This document shows, piece after piece, positions 27,345-41,790 of a DNA stretch of 64,000 bases (its first letter is position 1; every line of letters starts with the position of its first letter). Position numbers and translations under genes: made by a program. Location: the NCBI GenBank assembly GCA_028023455.1, contig JAQFVV010000002.1:30256001-30320000 (forward strand), read 5' to 3'. This DNA comes from Epiperipatus broadwayi (lineage: Eukaryota; Animalia; Onychophora). The notes below the pieces were generated by a model, which saw nothing but the letters and a program-made list of their open reading frames with translations, did not search any database and was not told the origin of the DNA.

Positions 27345-27792
27345 TGGTATATGAAGAGTGCCTGTATTTCAAATAATACTCATTAAGCTTGCATCCTGCC
27401 CATCCCTCTTCTATGTATTTAAATGGATATGGTACTGTACACAAGGGGTCAGAGTGACTCGAGTTCAACATGGGTATGACAATATTGGCATCAGTATGGG
27501 ATTTGGACTTTCCATCATCAGATTTTCAATGGTATGGATGGCTGAAGAGTTGGAGGTTGAAGCCTGTCCATTAAAGTATATAGATTTGCTATCTTAATAT
27601 AAACTGAGCACTGATTATATATGTGAGACATGATAATCTGGACCAACTGATGAGCGCTGGTGCAGCACAGAATATGTATAATGGTGATTATTGATCTTTT
27701 CTACATGTGTGTGGTCATGTGTATCAGTAGTATGAGATAGTATGGATAGTTGAAGGTTGCTTGAAAATCTGAGTTCAAATCCCCTATATTTA
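27345..27792 (+). mobile_element. Family B element, one ~445-nt unit
   Basis: Collinear with the reverse complement of 46988-47718; ends in aaatcccctatatt. Confidence 0.85.
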
Positions 27793-28429
27793 AAAAAACA
27801 GCTAAAATGGGTGAGGGAGTTGAATAAGTTAATTGAGGAAACTTTAAATTAAATATAGCCATGTATATGTAAACAAAGGGAGTTAATCACCCTTCCCCAG
27901 ACTATGACTTAAAAGCACTCTAAATGTTGAACAAAGAATCAAGAATAGAATGAATCCACATATTCTTGGTAGCTCTGATGCTTATAAGCATACTTTTGTC
28001 AACACTGTGGGTAATTCAGAATGAAATTAATTTATCAACCAGATGGATTATGGCATTAAGAGTTATTAAACTCATAATTAATAATATAAGCTGGAGACAG
28101 CATCTCGCTTTTATCATCTTGATTGTGATAATGTTAAACAAGATTTAATATGTAAACTGTAAATTAAATATAGGTCAATGTATATGTAAACAAAGGGAAT
28201 AAATCACACACACACAGGCTATGACTTAAAAGCATTAAATGTTGAACAAAAGATCGTTTAATTATTCCAATCGAGGTACTAAAAGAGATTCTGTCTGCAG
28301 CTTTGCATAATTAATATGATATAATATCATAAATGCCATAATCCATCTGACTGATACATTTTCATTCTGAATTATCAACAATGTTAAAGATATGCTTATA
28401 AACACCAGAGCTAAGAATAGTGAATTCAT

Positions 28430-29370
28430 CCATTGTTCAAGATTTAGTGTTTTTAATTGAGGAAATTAACTGTAATGGAAGAGAAGGTAGGAATATTTTT
28501 TGAGAGATTATGAATAAGAAATGGATCTTATATTGTTTAATGTAGAAGGAAGAAAGTAGATCAAGAACTTGAAAAAAATAGTCAATGAAATTTTTGGATG
28601 GAGAGTTGATAAATGAATGTTAATTCATTAGAGAATAATTCAATAAAAGATGGAGAGTAATAGGTGCCAAATTAAATAGAGCAATAGGTAGATTTTATAG
28701 AAACTAGGATTAGATAGTATGGCCGTTAAAATGGTAATTAATGTTTGAATATTTTGGTAAAATATTTCAGATAAATGAAAGGGTGTAAGAATTAAATTCT
28801 TATATAAAGATTCTAGGTTAAAAGGGAATAAAATCTTGGCGGAGATTCAAAATTGATTTTGTTCAGGAAAATGAATGTGGGACAATTTATTCAGTTGATT
28901 AAGATGTCATATAAGGAAAATAAAAATTGTATTTTTAGATATAAAAGACTTGATAGTATAGAAATAGATTGGGGAGAAATCCTGAAAATATGGTAAAACT
29001 TTAAGGGCTTGTACAAGGATTTTTTAATACCAAGTGGGTGATAGAATTAGGGGAAATTGTGTTAAAAATGAATGTCCGTTATCACCATTAATATTTTGTT
29101 TTAAAAGTGAGGGATAGATTGTGGTTAGAGAAGTGATTCACACGATGTGTCTCAGACTAGATATAGTGATCTATTTTTTTACAAATAGAATATAAATAAA
29201 GCCATTATTACAGAAGTATGGAAAGAAGTATAAAAATTAAATAGCATGAGGATAAAATCTAAGATATTTGGATTTAATATTGAAGGATAGAAAATGTGTT
29301 AAAGATGGACGAGGATGTTAGTAGAATACTTTTATAAGGAGATTGTGTATGCTTTAATATTTATAAATAA
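28430..29370 (+). mobile_element. Highly decayed LINE RT fragment
   Basis: Purine-rich; traces of ILAEIQNxF and FLDI..D motifs with many stops. Confidence 0.45.
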
Positions 29371-29444
29371 AATGCTTTTATTGTTTGGAAAAAAAAAGTT
29401 TTAAGTTTAAAAAATATATGAATGACAATAAATTAGTAAAAATT

Positions 29445-29728
29445 GTGGCCTTTGAGCGTTCCATCATCAGATTTTCAATTGGATGGATGGTTGAAGTAGA
29501 TTGAAGCCTGTCCATTAAAGTATGAGGATTGGCTATCTTAATATATATCTGAGCACTTATAACATGTGTAGCGATGGTAATCTGGACCAACTGATGATTG
29601 CTGGTTTAGCATGAAATACGTATATTGGTGATTATTTATCTTTCAACATATGTGTTCTAGTGTATCAGTGTTATGAGATAGTGTGGAGAGTGAGTCGTGT
29701 GAAAGTCTGTGCTCATATACCCTATATA
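29445..29728 (+). mobile_element. Family B 5'-truncated copy
   Basis: Homology to family B from ccatcatcagattttcaat through the HHR to the ccctatat end. Confidence 0.85.
29587..29628 (+). ncRNA. Type I hammerhead motif, family B
   Basis: CCAA CTGATGA TTGCTG-GTT-TAGCAT GAAA TACGTA TA TTGG; perfect ATACGTAT palindrome. Decayed copies at 23243-23284 and 27643-27684. Confidence 0.75.
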
Positions 29729-31976
29729 TTACATATATAAACATGGATATATAATAAGCCTATGTGTTTCAGTTAATTGGATTATGTGGAGAAAATAAAC
29801 ATATTGGGAAAATATGAAAAATTTATAGTTTATTTTTAAGTATTTATATAAAAAATGGAATAAATATGTAGAGAAAAGAATAAGAGGATTGATAAATTAG
29901 AAAAAAAAAGTTATGAAATTGCTTTGACATTATAAGAAATCTTTTGCTAAAGTAGAAAAATCTTGATAAGGATACAATTTGGAAATCTTTTTCAAAGATT
30001 GGGCTCATATTCCAAATTCAATTTTTTGATACCTATGTATTAGATCTGCTGTTCATGTTTGCAACAGCAGAATGTGATACCTTTCTTCAGTAGGGGGGGG
30101 GAGGATTTGTAACAACATTTTGCTGCTGCAAACAAAAGCAGCAGGTACAATACGCAAGTACCAATTTTGCTTCTAAATAACTGAAATATTTGTTATGTCA
30201 GTATAACTTGGAATACTAAACTGAAGGCCAATCCTTTCCTAGGCTATTTAGGAGTAGCCTTAGATCATATTCTAATTTATTTTAATTTAGTTCAAAATTA
30301 ATTTCTAGGAATAATCTTGGAAAACTGATTCATATTTCTTGGGGTTGTGATACAAGTACTTTATGAACAGCTTTCTTACCATTAATACATTTGACTGATA
30401 AACATGGTGCTCCAATCAGAGAAAAAGTTCCTACATTAAATATCTAGATACTCAAATATTACTGGCACACAAGTCGTTTATTTTCACATTTCACCAAATA
30501 TCAGACGAAAAATTGCTTCATAGAAAATGTATAAAACATTTAAATTGAATTTGTCACTAACTCAAAATACAGTTTGACCCTAAGACTTGTCTTGAATCAA
30601 GATTCTTTTATGTTCAACCAAGAATTCGCAATTGAAGAATTATAGCATAAAAATGGAATTCTTATGTCACAAATTTTTTTTCCAGATTCAACAATAAAGC
30701 CAGATGGATTTTATCTTCATAGATGCAACTGGAGTTTCATCAACAGATTTAGAATAATTCGAAGTTCTGCTCATCTGCTTCATATATGGCTATAGTAATC
30801 ATTGATCTATGTAATTAGGGACAAAAGCAAACCATGTAGTTAATGAGCACTAAATCTATAGTGACATTGAAAGATAATAATAAAGCCAGTAATGAATCTA
30901 TCTCCTAATTAACATCTCTATATGTTCTTTATACATTAAGAGTCAAGCTATCCATAAAACATTCCATATGCTAAATAAGAATAAAAATAGTTTGAAGTTA
31001 CTTAAGGATTTGAAAAAATGCAAAACACTAGGTTATTGTTATTTAGTTTAAGTGCAGAATTATTAGATATTAAGGAAAGAAGGCAAAAATTAAAGTGAAC
31101 TGATGTTATTTATGTGAAGATGAGAGAGAGTTGAATATTTATTTTTGGAATGTAGTATGTGAAAGAAGATCAGGATAAATTGGGGACACTTAAGGGTATA
31201 AAAAATATAGCAAGTTTTTTATTTGGATCTTTATAAAAAAGTCACAATGCAGAGATAACAAAATTAACGAACCAGATTTTATTAAACTGGGATATATCCG
31301 ACTGGAAGAATGATTTCGTAATGAAAAGTAATAATTAGATGAGTTTACTAAAGTTCGTAAGTTTATTGGGGTATATAACTTGGTTACCTTCTGAATATCC
31401 CAACATTACTGGGGTTCCGTTCTTTTTATGGGTGTGTATGCACATACTGTTATCTGCTTACGAAATTTCATTCCGACTAAATGTAATTATTAGTTTATTA
31501 TTAAATGTTTCTGAAAGTTGTAAATTTAGATGCAGTATATAAACTTTTTCATATATTCACTTGCCTAAGTATCATATTTATAATTTTTGTTGATGTTTTT
31601 ATACTTTATCCTCAATCTGAACAAAAACCCTTACATCTGTTTAATAATTTCATTAGTAAAAGTTTAATTGTTCAAATTAGTACAATATTTTTCTGTTGTG
31701 TATCTTTTAGGGAACAGGTAACTGAAAATAAAGTCTTTACCGATTAAATGAATTCTGATTAAATATATTTACACTATTAAAATGTTATTTTTTCCCCTAG
31801 AATAAATACAGCAAATTCTATTTTTGAAAATTTTAAAATGAAAAATGCTAATAACGTTGGCATAATGCTCTTCTATTCTTCCTACTTTATGCTATCCGGT
31901 ATAATTTTTTCATCCAATGGATGCCAGAAGGCAATGCTTAAAAACCCTTACCAAGTGCTATCCTACCTAAATATTG

Positions 31977-32013
31977 CCAGACTAGTTTCTAGCTCGTGGC
32001 TTTCATCAGTGGT
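31977..32013 (-). ncRNA. Minimal hammerhead motif, family A
   Basis: Reverse strand: CCA CTGATGA A AGC-CACGA-GCT A GAAA CTAG TC TGG. Confidence 0.7.
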
Positions 32014-32212
32014 GGTAATGGGGAGGGGGGATAAAAGTAGGAATAAAAGGATTTGCTAGTGAATGATATGTAATCTAAGATCATATTATGTACTATTGAT
32101 AATATGATAATGTATGTCTTGTGGTAATTAACAAAGGCAAAACTCTCCATACAGTAGTGCCATCCAGAGTAATCGATGAATGCCAGAGGCTTGTGCATAA
32201 AATCCCCATATT

Positions 32213-32251
32213 CCCAGACTAGTTTCTGGCTTGTGGCCTTCGTCAGTGAGG
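32213..32251 (-). ncRNA. Minimal hammerhead motif, family A
   Basis: Reverse strand: CCTCA CTGACGA A GGC-CACAA-GCC A GAAA CTAG TC TGGG. Confidence 0.78.
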
Positions 32252-33684
32252 AGCTTTGATTATTCTGGTTGGCACTACTGTATGGAGAGTTTTGCCTTTG
32301 TTAATAACATGCTAGCATAAGAAATGGTGATCTTGTGATATGCATAATTTATATCAAACTACCACCAAGTACAGACTTTATATTTTAGATGTATTAGAAA
32401 AATAATAGAGCTTTTAAAAAAATATTTAATTTAATAAATTATAAGTTATTAAAAAAATCATCCTCTACACGCGATGTATAGATTTAAACACTTCAGGAAT
32501 ACTCTCCTTTCCTAACATAAGATAAAGTCTTTTGAAAAGATAAGATGAATCCGTCTTAACTTTTTAAGCTAAGCATATATGTATAGGCAAATCTTAAGCA
32601 TTTAGAAATGAGGGTATGAAGATCTTAATTAATCACAAATTCCATTCATTATGTCTTAATAATTGATGTTTGCAAAGTTTTTACAATTAACTGCAAGTCA
32701 GTATTAGATATAAGATTAAACATATATATCATTGTGTTTTTAATTTGTAACAATCATTAAGGAATCACCCTTTACATGTGCTGGATAGATTTGAACATTT
32801 CAGGAATACTCTCCAAACACGATACAGCACGCAAAGGGCGATTCCTTAATGATTGTTACAAATTAAAAACCCGGCACTAGATAAATAAATAACTTGTGTT
32901 TAATTTACTTGTTTCTAATCTGCTGACTTTCCTCTCTTTATTAATTTAGGTGTTATATAACTAATTTATTCAGAGGATGAATAGCTTATACATTTTTTTT
33001 TATAGTTATGATCTCTGCCATTAACAGGGCCAATTGGAAAAAATATAATGTTCAATGACAAATGTATAAAGTTCGTTGGAATTTTTGATATTGCTATAAA
33101 ACTGCCATGCAAAAATAATTTTAAATGACAAACGTCAATAATAATCAAGTAGTATTATTTAATCATAGTACTTGCATATTTTTTTCCATGTGGCTTTATT
33201 AGACAGAGGCCCAGGGCCTTGTGGTGCAAGAGTTAGTGCACTACACCATACCATTAGGAGTTAGAATCCGAGTGGAATAGTTTTACAGCCAACCTATTCA
33301 GTTATTGATTAATAAATAGGTATATATTTATTCTGCTGGAAGATGAAATGAGGAAAAATTCAATAATCATCTACAACTAATCTGATGAATATAGTCATTA
33401 TTGGAGAAGACTTTGCCCTAAAGTGGACTTTTTACGACTATTTGCATTTACGTAAACTTTGTACAGTAATGGCTTAAATGCTTCTTAATCTTTAAATTTA
33501 GCCCATTTTGAGTCACTGTTATCTTTCTTTAGAATCTGAGTAACCCGTCTTTTTGCAAAAAAATATAATCTCTTTTTTTAGATGAATTTTAATTACATTA
33601 CTACATTTTATAAAGAATTGATTACCTTTCATGTGACAAGCATTTGTAAAAACTTTAAACTGCTCAAACAAATTCATTAAAATT

Positions 33685-33796
33685 GTCAAGCGTTGCTAGC
33701 CGAGAGGTCAGCGCAGCAGCCTTGCAAGCAAGCAGTTTTTTTTGTAGAGTTGTTGCAGGTTCGCCTCCCGGCCAATGCTATGACATATGGAAAAAA
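33685..33796 (+). mobile_element. tRNA-derived SINE or processed tRNA pseudogene
   Basis: A box TAGCCGAGAGG, B box GGTTCGCCTCC, A tail, 15-bp direct flanks AAATTCATTAAAATT (33670-33684, 33797-33811). Confidence 0.8.
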
Positions 33797-36700
33797 AAAT
33801 TCATTAAAATTAAATATATAATTAATCAGTTGGCCGTATTCTGATATCAAATTTCAAGCAGTTTTATTTACTTTAGAAAATATAATGAAATAAATGCACG
33901 TATTTTTATTGAAAATAAAAATGTACCCACCACAAGTATTTTCACTTTGTCCTATACTCCTTAAATACGTGACCTCTGTATTATGTCCATTTAAAGGTCA
34001 TTCATGATTATAACTTTTTAATAATTTTATTATCAGTAGCTATACGGAATCTATAATGACATTTTAATATATCAGCTAACTGGATGTCATATCATTCTAT
34101 CCCCTTTAATATTTGTGACTTTTTTTTTTAATAACCTTCATGTCTTTCGCTGTACTATGTTTCAATATTTTTACTGTTTTCATTTTTCCAACTTTTCTCC
34201 TATTTCATAATTTAAAGTCTTTGTGCCTAATTAATCATGCTAGGTCTACAAGCATCATTTTTCAAATAACAACTGATTAGAGGTTTGTAAATTATAATTC
34301 GTTGGTTTCATTTTACATATATATTTAGAATTGTAACTATCATTGTAAATCACACTATTTATTAAATCCTATTGATGTGTAGTTTTGTTCCCTATTTAAT
34401 TATTGAAATATATTTAGGCAAGTGGATAATATAACTGTTCTTATTTAATTTTTACCACATAATTTTTCAATTAGATTTATATCAAGTTCGTTCAAATTAT
34501 TTTCGTGAATTGTAAATAATATTAATACTTAGTTTTAAGAATCTATATTTTATTTTTGTAATGATTCATTGACCTAGACTTACATGCACTGTGAAATATC
34601 GATTCTAGGCATTTGTTCTAATGTATCTATGAGGATGTTTAAAACTGAAGAAATTCAAGAAATAGCACTTTGATTTTTTTATGGGTTATTACAGCTTTCT
34701 AATTTGCATGCTATCAACCATCAAGATAATTTGAAGCAGAAAACATTTTTGTAATGCATTTTAATTCAAAACTTTATTTAACTTAAAAATTGGAATATTT
34801 ACTGCACTGCAAATAGATGCTAACATTATTTACCTACTATTAATGCGAGATCAATATTCAATATATGTTCACAAAAATACTTGTATATAGATAGTCCAAG
34901 TTATTAAATCAAATGTTTCCTCCCACAAATATTAAATAATTACATTTTTTAAAGCTGAGTGAAACGAACAATAATCCCTAGAGAACAAGAATATGAAAAA
35001 AGTGTATTTTAATCGTTTGATTTCTAAAATTTATTGGAAATTTTTATATCACTTCTGCATTGTTAAATTTTTATAATTTTAAATTACACTTAAACGATTT
35101 TTTCCACTCATAAATATTAAATAATTAAGTTTTTTACAGTTGATTAAAGAAACTTAACTATTTGTATGCCTACAACATTTATAAATACTAATCAGAGACC
35201 TCTAGTGCTAATAATACTATTTTAGCAAAGTGTAATTAGGATTAACAGTTTCTGATTTTTTAAGAAATTACTGAATTCCTATTATGGCAGAATACAATAG
35301 CTTGTCAAGTAATTTTCTTTTTTTCATTATTTGCATTCGGCTTCATCCACTTCCATGATTTATAATGAAGTACTAATAACAATTTTTTTTCTTTTAACCA
35401 CCGATTTTATATTATCCACTGATAATGGCCCATTTTGCAATCGTTTTAATCTTTCTACAAACAAACATAGGACAGACTCTAGAATATCGAAACTTATATT
35501 AGTGTTAGTGATACACACACTTTTATATATGATTATAGTTGAGTTCTTTTTTACAATCTATATAATTTCACATCAGCAATAGATGTAAAACTTAGCCATT
35601 CCTTCCTGAAACATGAATCGCTATGAAAGCATTTGCCATGATGTGCATGTCTTGATATAAATGTACATATTCTGCGTAAACCAATTGGGAAGAGATATAG
35701 CTCCAATTATTCTGTACTAAATATATATTTCAGGAATCATCTTTCATCAATTACTTTAAAACAGTGTCGACTATCTACACAAATATAATTGCTTATATTC
35801 GTAAGCAAAAATATTCAGCACTACAATCGTTTTTATAAATCAGCCTGTACTAATATGGCTAAATGTTAATTAACAGACTTAAAAACTTATTAAACCTTGA
35901 TCAAAAAAAATCTTACATTCACATACTTTGAAAATATGGAAACAAATCTAGAGAAATGTCACCTTCAATCATAATTCATGTAAACCGTACAGTATTCGGT
36001 TATACATAAAAAAATGGGTGAATCACTCTGCAATATATTTACATTCAGGAATTGTCTATTGTAGTTCAGAGTAATATGCAATTTTATCACATAGTGTGGC
36101 GACCGAATGACTGATGTTTCACGCACTGAAATTGAAGACGATACCTCTTTGTACTTGTTTATATATTGTCAAAGTAAGTTAAATCTTATCAACTACATAT
36201 TTTCAAATGTATTAAATTTATTAATTTCAACAGAGTTGCAATATCTGTTATTATTTCTTTTCAAGATCTCCTAGCAGATATTGTGAATACAAGTATAAAT
36301 AAATGCCCATAAATAAAAACATTTAGAACATATACTGTTGCCTTGACAACAGTTTGAAATTGTTGATTGTTACTGATATTGGCATCATCTAAGTGTTGAC
36401 TGGTTTTTTTCATGATTCCTATATATAAGTACAGCTATCTTAATATGTACACATTTTCAAATTTTTTTATCAATGCATCTTCCCTTTAGCTCAGTCATTT
36501 TGCAACCATCAGACCGAAAATCAGATCAACTTCTCTCGCTATGGATGCATTTTCAAACAACCACTTGACTTTTTGTTCACGATATTTTTTACTTTCAATT
36601 AATTTTTTTTTTTAAGAAGAGATATATATATAATATTATATACAATCAATAACTATTATATAAAAGTGCTGCAAGTGACTTTTTTTTGTCAATGTCAGGA

Positions 36701-38687
36701 AGAGTTTTTTAATACTGATTTTATTCCAATGTTTTGAATGTTGATTAAGAAGAGGTTTTATTCAGTATATACATAAGTATACATTTTGGGAAGTGAATCC
36801 AGATTTATAACACTCGTGAATTGCAGGATGCATTATATAACTTATATGGAACGCTAATTTATGTAAATTGGTAATTTACATATTCCATTTTTTAGATCAT
36901 TGAACACTTTTTTTATTGATTGTGTGGGAATTGTTCGAAATAAATCATACCTCTTTTATCTTTTTCTTTATGTCACGTTCAGCACAGACGATCTTGAGGA
37001 TTTACTGAGTCGAAAATGTGGCCGGACTTGTTCGTGCTCTGTATACCGATTAAAATCTCTTCTTAGCCACTGTTCAAAACTGTTGAAATAAATCAATTAC
37101 GCATAAGGATAGGAAAAATATCTGAATCGTAATTTTTTTTAAAACAAATATTGCACTTAAGCAGTTTAATTATACGTACTGAAATATATGCATCGCCTTA
37201 AATTTAGAATAATTTTAATGAAAACTGATCATGACAAAATATAAAAAATACAATATCTAAATGATATTAATTGATTAAGGACATGGACTGCACCACCAAG
37301 AGGTTTAAATGTTACGTAAAATATTAAAATTTTGTTTTGATTTCAAATTTTTATTCGTTATTTTTTTTGTATAGCGAATAGTTGAATTAATATTGACACT
37401 ACATATACATACTCAAATAAATTAATACTGTAGTACAAATTAAAACCAACTATAGTTGCTGTGTAAATTAATCTTCAGCATAGAGTCGCCAAGTCACACA
37501 AAAAAAAAAATATGAACAAAAAAAAAAAAAAAACGAGAAAGGTTGAAATTTTTTCTCAAATAGTTTTATTTTTATATAATTAGATTTTATGTACTGCATA
37601 AAATATTTAAAAAATTCAAAATCAAAGAAATAAACGTCATTAATTTATTAATCTTTAGGGGAAAAAAGTATTTTCCAACTATATCTTCGTAACTGACAGT
37701 ATTTTGAAAATTGATACACTCAGACACAACAAAATCTTTACAATATGTTAAAAATATTTGATAGAATTTATTTTTTTTGTTTTTTAAATTAAAAAAAAAA
37801 AAGGGAAGAACAAAAAAAAAACAACAACAACAATGGAAAAACAAAAAAAGTTACTGTAATGAAGTGTTTCAACAGTTCACATCGCTTAATCAAAAATAAA
37901 AGATGTAAATGCCTCCACTTGAATGAGAACACACTACGTTAATGGAAGAATAAAAAAAATATTTTTTTTTATGATTGCAGCCAGGACTTTGACATCTGGA
38001 GATGGACATAGGGCCTGCGGGTTCATTGCTCGACTAAAACAACAATTTTTTTCCCTCTCACAACAAAATAACATTAACAAGATCCTATTTTAAACAGACG
38101 AACTTGGTGATCATTTCAAACAAAAAAAAATATTAGCATTTACCAAAAGAAAAAAAAAAACCCAGAAATCAAGAACTGTGGCCGCTACCATAGAATGCTT
38201 GAGACTTTGTTAAAAATGTGACTATGTCTGGCTTTAAACCCTATACTGATGTGTTATTAATTGATACTGTAGTTAGTGATCCTATTAAAGAGACAGAAAA
38301 AAAAGACATTAGTATTAAAAAAAAAAAGAAATCTATACAACACAATTTTGAAAGAAAGTACACATACATTTATATAGAAGATTAAAAAAAAAGCTTTTGT
38401 AAATGATTTTTCTATTTATATGTACATAAACTACCACAAATAAACCATCGTTAAATTTAACAAAAATTTAAATATAGTTAAGAGAGCATTTTATATATAT
38501 ATATATCTTTACATATACATCAAAATATAAACAAAATACATTTTAATTTTAAGTGCAAAATAATTTGTGATAATTAAAAAAATACATAAATTTACTAATA
38601 ATAATACATTTTATTTCTAAAAGAACAGCTTTAATTTAAATTTTTCAATTACCTGATTCAGAATTTTCTGCTTTGTTTATAGCCCCA

Positions 38688-39805
38688 CCCCCAAACATCA
38701 CATGATCATCATTCTTTATGCTTACACAAATTAACAGGGAAAATTCCATACAGTAGCAGCACTCAGTGCAAGCCAGAATAATCAATGGTTGCCAGAAAAT
38801 AAAATCCCTATCTAATGCCTACTCATCCAATATCCCCAGACTAGTTTCTCCCTCCATTGTATTATTGTTTTTCTGTTTTTAATTTTTGGATTAAAAAATC
38901 AAAATGTAAACGTAAACTAAATTTTACTGATCTAGTCATAATTATCGTTTCACTTGGAGAATTGCTTCTAATTAAAATAAAAGTTCGTCATCACACGATT
39001 ATTTGCTATGCTTACACAGGCTGCTAATAAACAGCAGCAAACTTCATACAGTAGTGCCACCAAGTGCAAGCCTTAGTAATCAATGGATGCGAAAAGGTTT
39101 GTGCAAGAAATCCCTATCTAGTGATTACTCATCCAATATCCCTAAACTAGTTTCTAACTTGTGACATTCACGGGTAAGGAGCCTCGATTCTGAGAACACT
39201 GCGCCTAGATCTTGACATCTAATGCAACCCTTCAGTAGTCACCTTTTAACTATTTTGTTAACTATAATGTTACAAACCCAAAATGAAAACAATAATGTTT
39301 ACAATCCAAGTTTATTCATTTGTATAGTCATATAGAACTAAACTCGGTTCAACATCTACATATTTTGGTGTCTTTGGTTTTTCAAAACCCACAGTCACCA
39401 TTATACCATCAGCAGGTTAGATATAAAACCATCAAAATGTTATGAGATAACCATTTCATATGCTTACACAGGCTGTTAACAACAGTAGCAAATTCTCCAT
39501 ACAGCAGTGCCACTCAATACAAGCCTTGGTAATCAACAGATGCAAGAAGGTTTGTGCATAAAATCGTTATCTAGTGCCTTATAGTTAACTAAATAAGTAA
39601 AATATGGCTGCTGGAGAGTTGCATTAGATCTTAAGATCATGTACAGTGCTCTCAAATCCAAAGCCCCTCACTGATGAAAGCCACAGGCTAGAAACAAGTC
39701 TGGGGATATTGGGTGTCAATGATTTTATGCATAAACCTTCTTGCATCCATTGATTACTAAGGCTCGCACTTGGTGGCACTACTGTATGGAGAGTTTGCTA
39801 CTATT
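38688..39805. mobile_element. Family A cluster: fragment, ~1.3-unit tandem (452-nt period) and inverted arm
   Basis: atgcttacacaggctg at 39008 and 39460; plus-sense arm 39600-39805; separate fragment 38688-38850. Confidence 0.88.
39664..39705 (+). ncRNA. Minimal hammerhead motif, family A
   Basis: CCCCTCA CTGATGA A AGC-CACAG-GCT A GAAA CAAG TC TGGGG. Confidence 0.75.
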
Positions 39806-40394
39806 AAAATACAAGTTGAGTTGGTTTTCTGTATTAAATACTATTGTCATCTAAGACAGTACCACATCTGCTCGCTCATTCTCTTATTGATGGTATTCAT
39901 TGACTGACATATTATGAAAAAGTAGGTATATTGGAGGTGCACATGATAAGTATACACATATTTTTTATACAGAACTTTCATGCATTCTGTTTATACATAA
40001 CTCCTTTTATCCAATCATAGTAAAATAAATCAAATATTGTTCTTAACTTTATTCCTACATTTGAGCGGATGTTAAATCTTTAAATTTAATATAAAGGACA
40101 CTTATCCACTTTGATGCAAAATAAATTATATCCAATTATCAAATTCCATTTAAAAAGATACATAGCGAATAACATTAAATTTTGACTTTGTCGGATGTTT
40201 GATGTCTGTTTAACCTAGCCAAAACATCTATTTTTAGTAAATAAAATAGAAATAAATTGATCTAAAGCAGTGATTTCCAATCATAGACCATGGCCCAAAT
40301 TAGTAAAGGAGGAAGTTTAATACAGAGTAGAATTTATAATGCACATTTTAGAAGCTAGCACACCAAATACAAGAGTTTGTGACAAATATTAATT

Positions 40395-41002
40395 TACAGA
40401 GCCAAAACTTTCCCTAAAGTAGCACCACTCAGTGCAAGGCAGAGTAATCAATGGATGCAGGAAGGTTTGTGCATAAAATCTCTATCTAGTGCTTACTCAT
40501 CCAATATCCCCAGACTAGTTTCTGGCTTGTGGCTTTCATCAGTGAGGAGCCTTGGATCTGAGAGCTTGCACCTAGATCTTAGGATCTAATGCAACCCTCC
40601 AGCAGCCAATTTTTACTTTTTTAGCTAATTATGAATCCAAAATGAAAACACAATAATTCAAGCTAAACTCATTAGCTTGTATAGATCTCTGCTTAGTTCA
40701 GCATCCACATTTTTTGGTGTCTTTGGTTCTTTAATAATCACTCACCATAATCCTATTGGGCAGGACTGGTATTAAACCATCAAACATCACATGATCACCA
40801 CTCTTTATGCTTACACAAGCTGTTTTTCACAGAGGCAAAACTTCATACAATAGCACCACTCAGTGCAAGCCAGAGTAATCAATGGATGCACAAAGATTTT
40901 TGAATACTCTGGCTTGCACTGAGTGGCGCTACTGTATGGAGAGTTTTGCCTCTGTCAAAAACAACTTGTGTAAGCATAAAGAATGGTGATCATGTGATGG
41001 TT
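40395..41002. mobile_element. Family A element (431-nt period) with fold-back right end
   Basis: agcaccactcagtgcaag at 40421 and 40852; inverse arm ~40905-41002. Confidence 0.88.
40508..40547 (-). ncRNA. Minimal hammerhead motif, family A
   Basis: Reverse strand: CCTCA CTGATGA A AGC-CACAA-GCC A GAAA CTAG TC TGGGG (one stem II mismatch). Confidence 0.68.
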
Positions 41003-41477
41003 AAATATTAATTTCGATAATATGAAAATGAATTTTTTTTTAAGGACATTATATGCATCCTTATAAATAAATTTTGTTAACATGAATATCTTTACAAGAA
41101 AGAGACATTAAATATTTTTTCGTATTTTTCTGAAAAAACATGCTTGAAAGTGAAAAACTAATGTATTTAATATTATCAATTCAAAAATGTTTATTTAAAC
41201 TTTACACTTCAAGTTCATAAATATATTTATTTTGAAATATGGGTAGCCCATATCATTGGCAGTATCAGATGCATACACAATAAAAAAATTTGCCACTTCA
41301 TTAAGAAGAGAAGGAGTGGAATTGAAAATATTTGCATATTTTTAAAAAATGTATTCGAATAAAACTTAAAAAACAAACATAGCAATTGAGGAAATTTTAA
41401 ATGAAAAGAAGATTAACGTTAACAATTAAGAAGCTAAATAAATACATTTAAATATTTATTATTACTACTTCTGAAGG

Positions 41478-41790
41478 CAACCATCAAAACATCATATGAT
41501 CACCATTTCATATACTTGCGCAGGCCGCTAATAACAGTGGCAAACTCTCCATACAGTAGTGCCACCAAGTACAAGCCTTAGCAATCAATGAATGCAAGAA
41601 GGTTCGTGCATAAAATCCCTATTTACTGCCAGCCTAATCGTCCACTATCCCCAGACGAAGTTTCTAGCTTGTGACTTTCATCAGTGAGGAATCCTGAACT
41701 TGAGAGCATGGCACCTAGATCTTACCTTCTTGCATCCATCGAATTACTAAGGCTTGCACATGGTGGCACTACTGTATGAAAAGTTTGCTA
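41478..41790. mobile_element. Family A element with inverted arm fused to a LINE 5' end
   Basis: Unit sequence 41478-41722, inverse arm ~41723-41790. Confidence 0.85.
41649..41690 (-). ncRNA. Minimal hammerhead motif, family A, with AC-UUC-GU stem III
   Basis: Reverse strand: CCTCA CTGATGA A AGT-CACAA-GCT A GAAA CTTCG TC TGGGG. Confidence 0.7.

Larger units (their letters stand above)
31905..32345. mobile_element. Two family A fragments, the second with an inverted right arm
   Basis: Unit sequence at 31905-32015 and 32128-32258, then reverse-complement arm 32259-32345. Confidence 0.85.

Noticed and set aside
27535-27575. Second HHR in family B (CTGAAGA..GAAG..GTC)
   Set aside because: GAAG instead of GAAA, stem I does not pair, not conserved in other copies.
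33690-33778. Functional tRNA gene
   Set aside because: Anticodon stem does not pair, there is an internal T run, and an A tail plus TSD indicate a retrocopy.
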